DNA of 64,000 nt from Leucoraja erinacea (Eukaryota): the NCBI RefSeq assembly GCF_028641065.1, contig NC_073379.1:74338001-74402000 (forward strand). The letters are read 5' to 3'. The translations under genes and the position numbers were made by a program. The notes under the pieces were generated by a model. It saw nothing but the letters and a program-made list of their open reading frames with translations. It was not told the origin of the DNA and searched no databases. Below are positions 47,469-59,861 of this stretch, piece by piece (position 1 is the stretch's first letter; each line of letters starts with the position of its first letter).

Positions 47469-50118
47469 AAGGAATTGTGTCCCCCCCCTTGTTTTGATAG
47501 CAATTTCCGCCCCTGCTCTGTGGCAGCCAGTTCCACAGGATAACTACCCTCTGACTAAAGTTTCTCCTCAACTCCTTTCTAAAAGAGCAGCCTTTAATTT
47601 TGAGGCTATGACATTGGGTTGTAGACTCTCCCACCAGAGGAAACATCCTTTCCACATCCACTCTATCGATGCCTTTCACTATTCTGTAAGTTTCAATGAG
47701 GTCCCCCTCAACCTACTAAACTCCAGTGAATAGAGGTCCAGCGCTGTCAAACGCTCATCATATGCTAACCCACTCATTCCTGGAATCATTCTTGTAAACC
47801 TCCTCTGGACCCTTTCCAGAGCCAACACATCCATCCTCAGATATGGGCGCCCAAATTTGTTCACAGTACTCCAAATGCAGGCAGACCAGCACCTTATGGA
47901 GCCTCAACATTATATTTCTGTTTTTGTATTTTCCAGTCCTCTTGAAATAAATGCTGGCATTAAATTAGCCTTTTAACGATGTGGTAGCAGGACACTTAGA
48001 AATTTAGACAAGATTAGACAAAGCCCACATACTTTTATTAAAGTAAAATCAAGTTTGTCAAATTAAAAAGGATTTTTTTTTGCAATGTAACCAGCAGAAC
48101 AGATAAGAGAATAAATGAATGTGCTATATTTGGATTTAGGATAATGGAGAGCAGAGGATGCAGCTTCAATGGAAATTTAAAAGGCATCACAAGGTTGTTA
48201 TGTAATGTAAGGATTCAAGGCTTGTGGAAATCACATATTAACATTAACAAAGGATTGTTTAAAAGGGCATAAAACAGTGCACGAATTAACCAATCTATTT
48301 CAATATGCAAACCTTTGCTAGTGGGGTATCACAGAATCAATGCTTAGCCTTCTGCTGTTTATAATCTGTATTCTGATTATAATGAAAGCGCAGAATGTAA
48401 TGTATCCAGGTTTGCTAATGGTACAAGCTGTGGGGGAAAGGGGCATAAAAAGGAATGGAAGATTGTGGTTAGGTTAAGCTAGTATCCTAAAAGATGAAGG
48501 AGTAAATGGGAAAATGTGATGTGGAATTAAAAAATAAACAGATCATATTTTAAATAGTGAAAAACTACTAAATATGTAAAAGGATCATGATGTGATTGTC
48601 AATGAAACGTGGAACACATAAATTCAGTAATCTTAGGAAAGAAAGGGGATTTTCATCTTTAATGCAAGGAGGATGGAATATAAGATTAATGAAATCCAGC
48701 AGCAATTACATAGTAATTTGTTAGGAGCATAACTAGAGTATTGTGTGCAAGTCTCCATGCTGTAGAAAGTATGCACTTGCCTTGGAATTGTACATTCACT
48801 GGATTGTTTCCTCGGATAAATTTCATGCTGCATCCCCTTACCTTTTGATTCCTTTCATGTCCAGATAATCTACAATGAAATCATAATTATGTTTAAGCCT
48901 AAAGGAAAGCATAATTAAGTTTGCCAAGTTCAATTATTTAATTGTGCAATTATATTGTGTGTGAACTATATTTTTTCCATCTGATTTTAATAAATTTCTA
49001 CTTGGTGCCGAGTTTCGCACATGAAGGGCAACTTAGATACCGTCAGTGTTTTCCCACTGAAAAGTTTGTAAGAATGAGAGTTTATTCCATTGAAACTTGA
49101 AAAGATCTGAAAAGGTTTAATAGAATAGACACCAAGCAGTTGCTTTTTCAGGTTGTGAATGTGTTAAACCAAGTGGCTTATCTTAGCAGAAGACATTGGC
49201 TATTTAGGGCTATGATGAGGAGAAATCTCTCCACTCGTTGAGTTTTAAACCTTGGGTACATCTTCTGTTCTGGTGGATCAGGCTCAACAGACCATGGCCC
49301 ACAATTGCTTCTATTCCTTACACTTTTACAAACATCATATTAATGCTGAATTGCAGATTTATCAGAAGCAATTCATACTTTATGGCATAATGTAATAACT
49401 ATATATGGTCATGGAAAAATTTGCGTGTCTGAGTCTATGTGCTTGTGATTGAAAGGAAAATAATGAACAAATTGCATTTAGAAAACATCTTTCAGCATCA
49501 ATAAAGTTTTTTGGAAATGTGCCTCCTACTCCAGTCTATAAAAACCCATGGCAGTTAATTGAGGATTTAGATACAGCATTACATTTTCCACGCTGTATCT
49601 CTAAACTAAACTAATCTAAACTAAACTAAACTAAACTAAACTAAAACTAAACTAAAATAAATGATCAATTCATGGGGATAAATTCTCCTTAGTCACATGC
49701 ACTGTGAGGTATTGTTGCATTTGCACCTTTTACTCCTCTCCCAAAATCTAATCCCATTGAAACGGTAATTCATTGTTATTTATTCACCAGATGTGGTTCT
49801 TGTAGGCACTGTCAACAGTATTGTTCACCCAATTGAGGACATAGTTAAGAGCCAGCTACAGTAGATTGGCTACAGCCAGATCAGGCAAGCAAAGGTTTCT
49901 TACCCTGAAGGACGGCAGTGAACCAAAAGTATTTTAACAATGCTCTAATAGTTTCACAGCATCTATTATAAATTCAAGATGGATTTATCTGTAGGAATTT
50001 AAATTCCCTAGTTGCTACAGAGAGATTTGAAGTCATATCTATGAATGAATGTTCTGGAAATGCAACTGCTGGTCAAGCAACTTACCCAAGGCACCGCTAT
50101 GCATCGGTGACCAATTGT

Positions 50119-50440
50119 GGGGCAGCACGGTGGTACAGCGGTAGAGTTACTGCCTTACAGCGCTTTCAGCACCAAAGACCTGGGTTCGATCCCGACTATG
50201 AGTGCTGTCTGTATAGAGTTTTTACGTTCTCCCCGTGACCGCGTGGGTTTTCTCTGAGATCTTTGGTTTCCTCCCACATTCCAAAGACGTACAGGTTTGT
50301 AGGTTAATTGGCTTGGTATAAATGTAAATTATCCTGAGTGGCTGTATGCTTGTGTTAATATCCGGGGATGCTGGTCGGTGCGGACTCGGTGGGCCGAAGC
50401 AGGGCCTGTTTCCGCGCTGTATCTCTAAACTAAACTAAAC
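50119..50440 (+). mobile_element. HE1-like tRNA-derived V-SINE
   Basis: A box tggtacagcgg, B box ggttcgatccc, V-domain gttctccccgtgaccgcgtgggttttc...ggtttcctcccaca, CR1-type tail and (taaac)n. Confidence 0.9.
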
Positions 50441-51039
50441 ATTGAGTTGCCAAGTTCTGTTCTGTAATTATGCACCACAAGGTTGCAATTGTATTGTGTT
50501 GCATAATAGTATGAATAATTTTTTCCCATCTGATTTTAATAAACTTCAACTCAGTGCCTAGTTTCACACATGAACAGTTACTAAGGTGCCTGTCAGAGTT
50601 TTCCCATTGAGTCATCAAAATTACAGATAATCTATTTTGAAGCAGAAAGGCATTTAATGAATTTCATTGGCTCTTGTACCTGGTACCATTACCACTTAGT
50701 GTTTTCATAGCCAATCTCCCATGGTACTTATGGCCGTAAGAAATGTAGCTAACACGCACACTGCGACATTGAAGTGTGGTAGGTCTGCCAGTGGAATTAA
50801 ACATACTCCATGGGGATGATCTTTATGATACAACTGACAGTGATGCTGCATTTCAGAATCAATTACTAATACCATGTTATGATTTCTAGGAATAGTTTTT
50901 AGAGAAACAGATGCATTTCATGCTACTAACACTGGGGACATTTGTGTTAATATAGATATAAAAGGAACAGTGCAGCAAACAAGAATGACAAAACTTTAAC
51001 ATTCGATTATGCAACTATCTGTAAATTTCAATGGTTTGG

Positions 51040-51480
51040 CTCACCTGGGCCTTGGTGCCCACATTCCTTTTAATGCACTGGGGCCTTGATGCCCACACTC
51101 CCTTTAATGCACTGGGGCCCTTCTCTACACTCCTTTTAACGCACTGGGGCTCATTCTCTGCACTCCCTTTAATGCACTGGGGCATACTCTTTGCACTCCC
51201 TTTAACACACTGGGGTCATGGTTCCCACACCCTTCCACAGAGTAGGATCCCACTTCACCTGCTCCATTTAATACATCAGAGCTCTGGTTCCCACTCTCCT
51301 TTTAAACTCACTGGGGCCAAGATTCCTGCACCCCCTTTAAACTAACTGACTTCTGTTTCTCACACTCCCTTGAAACTCACCTGGTTATCTCTCTTGCACT
51401 CCTTTGGAACTCAAGTGATTCTGTTTTCCACATGTCCCCGAAGCATGCCAGGGCCCGTTTCCTGTGTTCCCTTTGAACGT
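51040..51480 (+). repeat. ~31-bp minisatellite (cactccctttaatgcactgggg...)
   Basis: About a dozen progressively degenerate units. It gives the spurious LMHWG-repeat ORF. Confidence 0.85.
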
Positions 51481-51679
51481 GATGGATTCATTTGAAAATG
51501 TGTTATTCTGTTTTGTAAAGTTTTTTTATAAAAGTGAATTAAAAGGGTGTTTCAGTATGAATAGGAAAATTATCCAACAGTTGAATAAAGATTTAGTATG
51601 AGACATAATATCATACTAGTGCTTTAGTATGATGGATATGGCATCTCTGTTATATGGAACTGATATTAGATTTGCTTTA

Positions 51680-52245
51680 TCTGAATAGTTTTTATAATTA
51701 AAAAAATAAACTTTGTTCAGAAAAAATATACATACAAAATATAAACTGTGCAGACATGTGTCATATATTCTCACTGTCTATACATTCAATAGTATCAGAC
51801 TTGGCAGTTCGCACCCATCTTTAAACATAACACCCTTGCTACTCATGTAGTCCCCTGGGGTGATATCCCTCCCCTTGTTTGAGGGGTGTTCCCTTCACTC
51901 TCAACCCCTCAATGTGCAGAAGCAGTGGGACACCACACTGTGGTCCTCCCCTACAGAGCCTTTGTGTTGGCAGCACAAAGCCTCAGCATGTATTCCAGCA
52001 GTCTGGAATGAGCCAGTCAGCAACATTCCATTATGGCATCTCAATGTGCTGGGAGACCAACAGGTTTTGGTCAGACCAAAGAACATATTTCACTGTTGAT
52101 GGTCTTCCAGCAACACTTGATGTCCATCTCCAAGTGTATCCCTGGGAACAGCCCACAAATCAGTCCTCTGTTCTGCAGCTGCTCGGGATGATAAGGACTT
52201 TTGCATCCTTCTCCAGACCCTTTTCGCAAATCTACTCTGCAAATG
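51680..52245 (-). mobile_element. Tx1/L1-clade LINE 3' remnant
   Basis: The minus strand reads FAKRVWRRMQ...GLFPG.H....CCWKTINS..VLWS..NLLV across frameshifts. Confidence 0.65.
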
Positions 52246-54290
52246 GACTTGGTGGGCTAGCACCTGATTCCATGCAGTATCTCTCAAATTACATGAAATT
52301 AAACCTGCATACTAGACAAACAACCAATGAATAATAACTAATTTACATTAAAATGTAGATAAAAGGAATTGATTGTGCTGGTTTACAAAAAAACCCACAA
52401 AGTGCTGGAGTAACTCAGCAGGTGAAGCAACACCTCTGACCAGACTCAAAACATCGCCTCTCCATGTTCTCCAGACATGCTGCCTGACCCGTTGAGTTAC
52501 TCCGGAACTTTGTGTTTTTCATTTACATTAAAACCTGAGTCACTCTAGTAGTTGATTTGTTCTGGAAGGATCTCGATCCGAAACGTCACCTATTCCTTCG
52601 CTCCATAGATGCTGCCTCACCCGCTGAGTTTCTCCAGCATTTTTGTCTACCAGTAGTTGATTTGATAACTGAATACTAATAATCAACAAATGTGACACAT
52701 AACTTGCTGCTGTAATGCTGCAAGAAGTTCCTAGTTTATTTTTTGGCGTATCAAATTATCATGCTTTTGAATTAAATTAACCAAATGTGGATTTTTCATT
52801 TAAAAATAAGCAATTCCATTCCTTAGGTGGAAGATTTCTGATTTTTTGTCAAGCTGAGATTTAAACAAACTTAGTGAACCACTTTAACTTCTGGAAGGTT
52901 CTAAACCATTTTAAAGTACGGTATGTTCCAGGCATAAATGGGTTAGTGGCTATGGAGGCTCAAAAAGATCTGTAGTGGCCAGGATCCAGAACAAGTACTA
53001 GAGCTATAATTGGTCAGCTCTGTTTGTTCAAACCCCCATGATGATATCAGTTCATTACTTTTGTGCGATCTTTTTTTGGTTCTTGGTTTATACAACTTAT
53101 AAAAGAAAGGCAGAGAAAGGAGGAATTTACCACATGCCATTAACAAATAAGATGAGAACTTTACGGGATAAAGTTCATTTGTTCTCACAGTTATTTCCCA
53201 GGCCCGTGTCCACTTTTTTTTTATCAATTAGAATAAAGAAAAATCAACCAAAAAGCTAGTTAAGCTGTTACCATGGAGGCAGCAAATAAATGCTCATTGC
53301 TGCTAATTTTGATGAGACCACCAATAAATAGGTCACTGTGAATTCAGTTGGTCATTCTTATCCCTGCTGAAGAAGCATGAAAGGGCTTAATGTGTTCAGG
53401 GAATTTGCCTCCTTGGTCTAAGTTTTCATTCTCCTTCAACGTACCAGATTTCCATGCTAAACTCTGCAAATAGAATGTATTGAATTGTTGGTCCAAAACA
53501 GAGAGACTTGCTTATAACATCACAAAGAAAAATCACATGGAACACAATTTGGCCATTAAATCCTTCCTTTAAACAGGCTGCATGCTTTGCCAACTGGTTG
53601 AATTTACTAAAGAAAGATTCAGCAAAGGTTCTCATTGTTCCTTTGTGTTTAATGGAGAAATTATCTAACCTTATGTTCTGCATCCCTCATTCCTGATCAG
53701 CCCTTGTCATGCCATGGGATTCCCAGGTTCGCAGCTTAAAGCTGCCTTCAAAAAGATTGTGATGTATTTATTACATAAATCTTAATCCTCTTCATAATCC
53801 AATATTTACATAGCTTTTTATTAGCTCTTTGCATTAGTTATTTTCATTTTCTATGTAATCCTCGTTTAGAAACATATTTCTCCCAGCCTCAAATCTAGTC
53901 TGACACAATCGTGTCTTTTATTGTGGGATTCCAGCATTTTGTAGCATGGATGTTGATCTCTTGCAAGGAATAAGGATTGGGTTCTGTCAGTCTCTCTTCC
54001 TAACAGAAAAACATAAGCCCTAGTGTTATTTTTGTCATTCTCTGAATCATTCCCAACCTCAGCGACCTTTGATACATCCAGTTGGAAAGATTTACGCTTT
54101 GTATTCTTTGTAAACAGATCCATTGTTGTGTTGCACCCAACACAAGAAAAACGGCCTAGGAATGGACTGAGGTCTAAAGGTCGGTTTGTGGAGTGGTGAG
54201 TGGCAGGGAAATGAACAGTTTCTTTGGGGGCTTGATCCAGTATAATTCCATATAAAACCATAGGCAATGTTTTACAAGTTGAAATGATTT

Positions 54291-54310
54291 TCATTCATGT
54301 GCTTCAGCAT
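54291..54310 (-). CDS. Candidate last coding exon (DAEAHE*) of a second unidentified gene, followed by a repeat-poor possible 3' UTR
   Basis: Acceptor tcttctttgtgtacttccag. About 1.6 kb of unique sequence follows on the minus strand (52650-54290). Confidence 0.25.
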
Positions 54311-55202
54311 CTGGAAGTACACAAAGAAGAGCAAGTAATCTGGAAATACTAGGAACTGCAGATGTTGGAATCTTGAGCAGAACACAAAGGAGGAACTCAG
54401 CTGGTCAGACAGCATCTGTGGAGGGAATAGTCTGAACAAGGGTCCTGACCCAAAACGTCATCTGTCCATTCCCACCACAGATGCTACCTGACCAGTTAGG
54501 TTCCTCCAGCTTTATGTTTTGCACCACAGGTAGTCTGAAAGTGTTGGTCTGGTTTGCAAGGTTGTGAGTCATGGAGACAACTGGTCTGGGGATGCCTGGT
54601 TTGTGTTGGAATGTCAGTGGGTGGTCATTGATTTCTATTCTCTGACATCCCAGCACAAATGTGATATTGTGATTTCTAACACAATGGAGAGATAATTAAT
54701 GGTAATGTTAGTAAAATACATTTATTTCAATGCATCTTTATCTTATTAATGCAGTTATTCATCAATTTAAAATAAAATACTTGTTGATATTATAGAAAAT
54801 AAGAGATATGCCTTCTGATTGTTTCAAAGTTTTGTTAGTGATGGCACTGGCAGTAACTTCCAGGTTTTATTTTCATATTCAGCCAAGTCATGAAAAATAA
54901 GATGAGCTTTGTTACATTCCTTTTAATAGCAGTAGATTTGTACTTCAAATACTTCAAATTGCTTTGAAAATACTTTATTTTTCAGCAGTTTTGTTTGATT
55001 TAATTTGTATAGCCATTTCCTCAGAGATCAAAACATTTCCATATTCACAGTTGTATAAAATCATTGTTTCCGCAGTTTTATTATGTTTGGCTATGGTTTT
55101 AATTCTATCAAGCTGAACAATATATTGGTCATGAAAACTCCTGCTATGTCGATGCAAATGCTGACAGGAAGCATCATGTAAAGTCTAGCCTACTTTGTTT
55201 GT

Positions 55203-55628
55203 TACTCGCTAGAATTTAGAAGATTGAGGGGGATCTTATAGAAACTTACAAAATTCTTAAGGGGTTGGACAGGCTAGATGCAGGAAGATTGTTCCCGATG
55301 TTGGGGAAGTCCAGAACAAGGGGTCACAGTTTAAGGATAAGGGGGAAATCTTTTAGGACCGAGATGAGGAAAACATTTTTCACACAGAGAGTGGTGAATC
55401 TTTGGAATTCTCTGCCGCAGAAGGTAGTTGAGGCCAGTTCATTGACTATATTTAAGAGGGAGTTAGATGTGGCCCTTGTGGCTAAAGGGATCAGGGGGTA
55501 TGGAGAGAAGGCAGGAACAGGATACTGAGTTGGATGATCAACCATGATCATATTGAATGGCGGTGCAGGCTCGAAGGCCAAATGGCCTACTCCTGCACCT
55601 ATTTTCTATATTTCTATGTTTCTATGTT
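55203..55628 (+). mobile_element. CR1 3' fragment (young)
   Basis: ORF 55265-55528 and ctatgttt tail. Confidence 0.92.
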
Positions 55629-56697
55629 ACCTTAAAAGATAAGGAGTAGAATATTTGCTTTCATATGTCCACATGTTTCTAATCAATCTTTACCTTACTA
55701 TGAAGCCTTACCTTGACTATCACAGTTTGCTTGCCAGCAACTTATCCCACTTACTTAAACTATCTAGACTTGATGGCTGATAGCAACTTCCAATTATTAT
55801 TTTGTTTCTGTTATCATCATTGAATTTTTACCAATTTGATTCGGCAATTTCTTATTGCAATATTTTCCATGTATTGCAAGTTCAGGGCAGGTGTTGGCCA
55901 TGTAGTCCCCTGCTGCATCTCACCACAGTTTGTTGAGACTTAATGTGCATTTGTGAAATAAATACAAGACCTCCAGTGACAGAGTTGGTTGAGTGCAATG
56001 CAATATTTACATGTCAGGTGGAAATCCTAAAGTGTGATGGTTGGATCTTCAACCTGTGTCAGACACCACCAATACACAACAGGTCTATTCAATCTCGGTA
56101 TTCGGACTGTTTTGGGAATGTTAAAACATAGGAACAGAAAGGTTTTCTTAGTTTAAACCCGCCTCTTCATGAGTGAGAATTCAGGCAGCCAGTTACGTTC
56201 CAGTTCAGTTTAGTTTATTGTCACGTGTACCAAGGTACTCTGAGAGGATTTTATTGCCTGGCAGGTGATGGAATTTTACTTGGGAGGGATTGCAGAGCAT
56301 GGCTGTTCAAGCTGTGGTGAGAGGTTTGAGTTTAGTTTACTGTCACATGTACTGAGGAACGGTAAAAAGGTTTTGTTGAGTGGTAACCAGTCAGCAGAAA
56401 GACAACACATGATTACAATCGAGCCATCCACAGTGTATAGATTCACGATAAAAGGAATAAAGTGAATAACTTTTGTGCAAGATAAAGTCCAGTAAAGTCA
56501 GAACAAAGATAATTCCGAGGTTCTCCAATGAGGTAGATAATGTTGGGTCCTCGCAGCACCAGGCGTTGTTGCGGTAGGTCTTCTGGTCCAAGGAGTCAGA
56601 GAATGGACAGATCTGAGAGGAGATGAAGAAGGGCATAGATAAAGTAAGAAATGTTGCTGTCAGAGTGCTGTCAGAGATTTTGTTGACATCCTTCCTA

Positions 56698-57238
56698 TAA
56701 TTTTGGTCGCCTAATTATAGGAAGGATGTCAACAAAATAGAGAGAGTACAGAGGAGATTTACTAGAATGTTGCCTGGGTTTCAGCAACTAAGTTACAGAG
56801 AAAGGTTGAACAAGTTAGGGCTTTATTCTTTGGAGCGCAGAAGGTTAAGGGGGGACTTGGTAGAGGTTTTTAAAATGATGAGAGGGATAGACAGAGTTGA
56901 CGTGGAAAAGCTTTTCCTACTGAGAGTAGGGAAGATTCAAACACGGGGACATGACATGAGAATTAAGGGACTGAAGTTTAGGGGTAACATGAGGGGGAAC
57001 TTCTTTACTCAGAGAGTGGTAGCTGTGTGGAATGAGCTTCCAGTGAAGGTGGTGGAGGCAGGTTCGTTTTTATCATTTAAAAATAAATTGGATAGTTATA
57101 TGGATGGGAAGGGAATGGAGGGTTATGGTCTGAGCGCAGGTATATGGGACTAGGGGAGATTATGTGTTCGGCACGGACTAGAAGGGTCGAGATGGCCTGT
57201 TTCGGTGCTGTAATTGTTATATGGTTATATGGTTATAT
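56698..57238 (+). mobile_element. CR1 3' fragment
   Basis: ORF 56767-57153 (LYSLERRRLRGDL...FFTQRVVAVWNELP) and (ttatatgg)n tail. Confidence 0.92.
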
Positions 57239-57339
57239 AGAGTAGAGATTTAAAAGAGTGGAGCGATTGTAATACCTGATTGCGGATCCATTTCTGTGAC
57301 TAGCACACAAAGAATCGCCTCCAACTTTAATTATAGGAT

Positions 57340-57592
57340 CTGCACAGTGATGTAGCAGTGGAGCTGCTGCCTCACATCGCTAGAAACCCAGATTCGATCC
57401 TGACCATGAGTGCTCTCCGTGCTGAGTTTGTATGTGCACCCTGTGACACCATGGGTTTTCTCCAGGTGGTCTGGTTTCCTGCCACAAGACGTGCAAGCTT
57501 GCTTGTAGGTTAATTGGCTTCTGTACATTGCTCCTAGAATGTAGGATGCAAAAGTTCCTGGGTTTCCATGCTGTATCTCAAAACATAAACTC
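57340..57592 (+). mobile_element. Decayed HE1-like V-SINE
   Basis: gattcgatcc B box and V-domain similarity to 50119-50440. Confidence 0.75.
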
Positions 57593-59777
57593 GAAACATC
57601 AGGAGGGTGTGAGGTGGAATTGACTGCTTATCCTGCTGCTGGCTTCTCTTGTGGGATCATCCATGATATTTTCACATTGGTGACTTACAATCGAATCCTC
57701 TTGAATGCAGTGCTTTTTTTTTAATCGCAGATCAATTATTCCTTATTTGCTGATTCATCCATTTAAATGTGAAAACTTGGGCAACATTTGGTCCCTTAAA
57801 CAGCATAATTTAAAAAAATACTAGCTCACCAGATAGAGATTCATTGGAAAATCAATCACACATTACGATCTGGAGCTACCAAACCAACCATGAGTGTTGT
57901 GTATGATATTACTATGCAGTGTTGTGCCCTCTCACAAAATATAGTTATTGTGCCTCTCTCTGTACTGAAACATTTCACCCAGCTTGCATTACTGATTCTG
58001 GGGACCTTGGTGTACATAGATTAGTGTTTTACAATAAATATAATCAATACAAGTTATGTGGCATTTATAGTACTTCCCTCATTCCCTCTCCATTAGGGGA
58101 TTTTAGATGGCAGTTAAAAGTCTGAAGGCAGATAAGAGTCAGACCAGGTGGACAATGGATTATTTTCCCTGAAAAATATAAATGAACCAAATGGAATTTT
58201 ACAACAATTTGGTAGATTTGTGGTCAATGCTATTGGGATCTAGTCTTTGGTTTCCAGATTTATCTTAATTTAAATGTATCATTCATGTTGCATATAGGGA
58301 TTTGAACTCATGTCTCTTGATCAATAGTTCAGGTCTCAGGATGTTAATCCAATAATTTAAACACGTTATCCTATCATGCCGAGTACATAATTAAGGAAAA
58401 AAGTCTAATGTTATACTGAGAGTTTTAACATTTCATGAGAAGTTTCCTGAAAGGAAATGTTAAACTGAGACCTTAGGTGGACTTCTAAGTACTTTGTCAC
58501 TTTTCAAAGTAAAGCAGGGAGTTTATGGTAATAAACCTTATGGTAATAAAGTTTCTACGCATTGGTAATGCTCTCCTTTTGACTAGTGCAAATAAACATA
58601 TTGGTTGAGTATAGCTGCTTCTTAAATCTATCAGTGTGTAAGATGATGATCCCTTTGCAAGCAATGCTTGCATCATACCTGAATTTAGGACATAAAGAGC
58701 AATCAGTTTTTGGTTTATTTAATTAGTTTCTGAAATGCCAGCAACAATCCTGTGGCTGATCAAAAAGCAAACTGCTGGGGGAACTTAGCAGGTCAGGCAG
58801 CATCTGTGGAGCGAAAGGGATAGTTAATGTTCCAGTTTCGGATCCCACATCAGTACTGAGAACATTGAGGAAGGATAGCCGAAATAAAGGGGAGAGGGGA
58901 AGGGGTGAGGCAAGGTCTGGTAGGTAATAGATGAGTGAGCGATGATGGATAGATGGAATTCAGTGGAGGAAGGAAATGCGTGGAGTAGGGAGACAGAGGC
59001 CAAAGCTGATAGATAGAAACCTCTGGAAAAGAAGGAAAAGAAAAGACAGAATAAGCCAGACAAGGGATAGTGAAGGCTGGGAAAGAGGCTGGAGGGTGAT
59101 TAATGTCAAGTTGGGTTGAGTTTATGACCACATGCACAAGTATGGTGAGGTACAGGTACAATTCAAATCTTTCTTGCAACAACATCACAAGCACATAGAC
59201 TCAGACATGCACATGGAAACATAAATTATCCACGAATTACATGTACATTTTACAAGACAGTGAAAGAAAAAGAATGTTCATGGAAAACACCATTACAAAA
59301 CAAGTCTATGGTTTTGTGACAGATAGTGTAGACAAATGTGGCAGGAATAGAGAATCTGTGAGCAATGAATGGCATCCTTACAAGAGGCAGGGTGGGAACA
59401 GGTATAGCCACAGTAGCAATGGGAAACAGAGGGTTTAATGTCAGTGAATATTTTCTGCCCTGAAATAGAGACAGAGGGAAAGAGGCAGAGAGACAGAGGT
59501 GTCACAAATGGTCCATGTCAAGATAATGTTTATAATCGTAATGGGCCAGTAATAAATAGTAACAAATCTTCACCATTCTCCCCATCTCTCCATCCAGGAC
59601 CACCTATCTTTTCCTCATGGTTATTCCAAATTATATCTTGGTTGAATCAGTTAATTCAGACAAACCAGCTAATACCTGAAACCTGTAGGGGCAGTGTGAA
59701 TTTTACCAACACTGAAGCAGTTTACATATTTGTCTTAAAAGGGAGCATCTTATCTGCTGCAACTGCTCTATACATGC

Positions 59778-59861
59778 CAGCCAGGGTTAGAGATTCCAGG
59801 TACAAGTGGTCTGGTTTCTTCTCCAGCATCAAGTATTTGGTTTGTTTCTGGATATCCTCCC
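59778..59861 (-). CDS. Candidate 84-nt phase-1/1 exon (xEDIQKQTKYLMLEKKPDHLYLESLTLA)
   Basis: Acceptor ttgtgtttcctctgaaacatag. Requires a GC donor (ctg|gcatgt). In frame with 54291-54310. Confidence 0.25.

Larger units (their letters stand above)
44238..47515. mobile_element. hAT-like non-autonomous DNA transposon
   Basis: Ends catgggc and gcccctg, with 8-bp TSD ttctgtgg/ctctgtgg. The left TIR is mostly hidden by an N gap. Confidence 0.6.
44040..47970 (-). mobile_element. CR1 3' fragment split by a hAT-like element (44040-44237 and 47516-47970)
   Basis: The sequence cacagccttctgtgg|ca...ttccacag is contiguous across the insertion. Confidence 0.8.
43555..48580 (+). repeat. Old duplicated block, copy 2, interrupted by nested insertions (44040-47970)
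   Basis: tttaataattaaac...gctgcactcag...ttcaaaacagaattatt...gttttcagttgggaatta is shared with 20715-21830. Confidence 0.7.

Noticed and set aside
44100-47733. Long ORFs spanning X runs
   Set aside because: Artefacts of translating through N gaps.
50119-50200. tRNA gene
   Set aside because: The A/B boxes belong to a SINE head that continues into the V-domain and LINE tail. There is no complete cloverleaf.
51031-51480. CRISPR-like array or LMHWG repeat protein
   Set aside because: The units are contiguous and degenerate, with no unique spacers or cas genes. This is a eukaryotic minisatellite.
53866-54294. 142-aa minus-strand ORF
   Set aside because: No recognisable domain, and in-frame stops lie between the acceptor and the ATG. 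It is more likely UTR, though not excluded.
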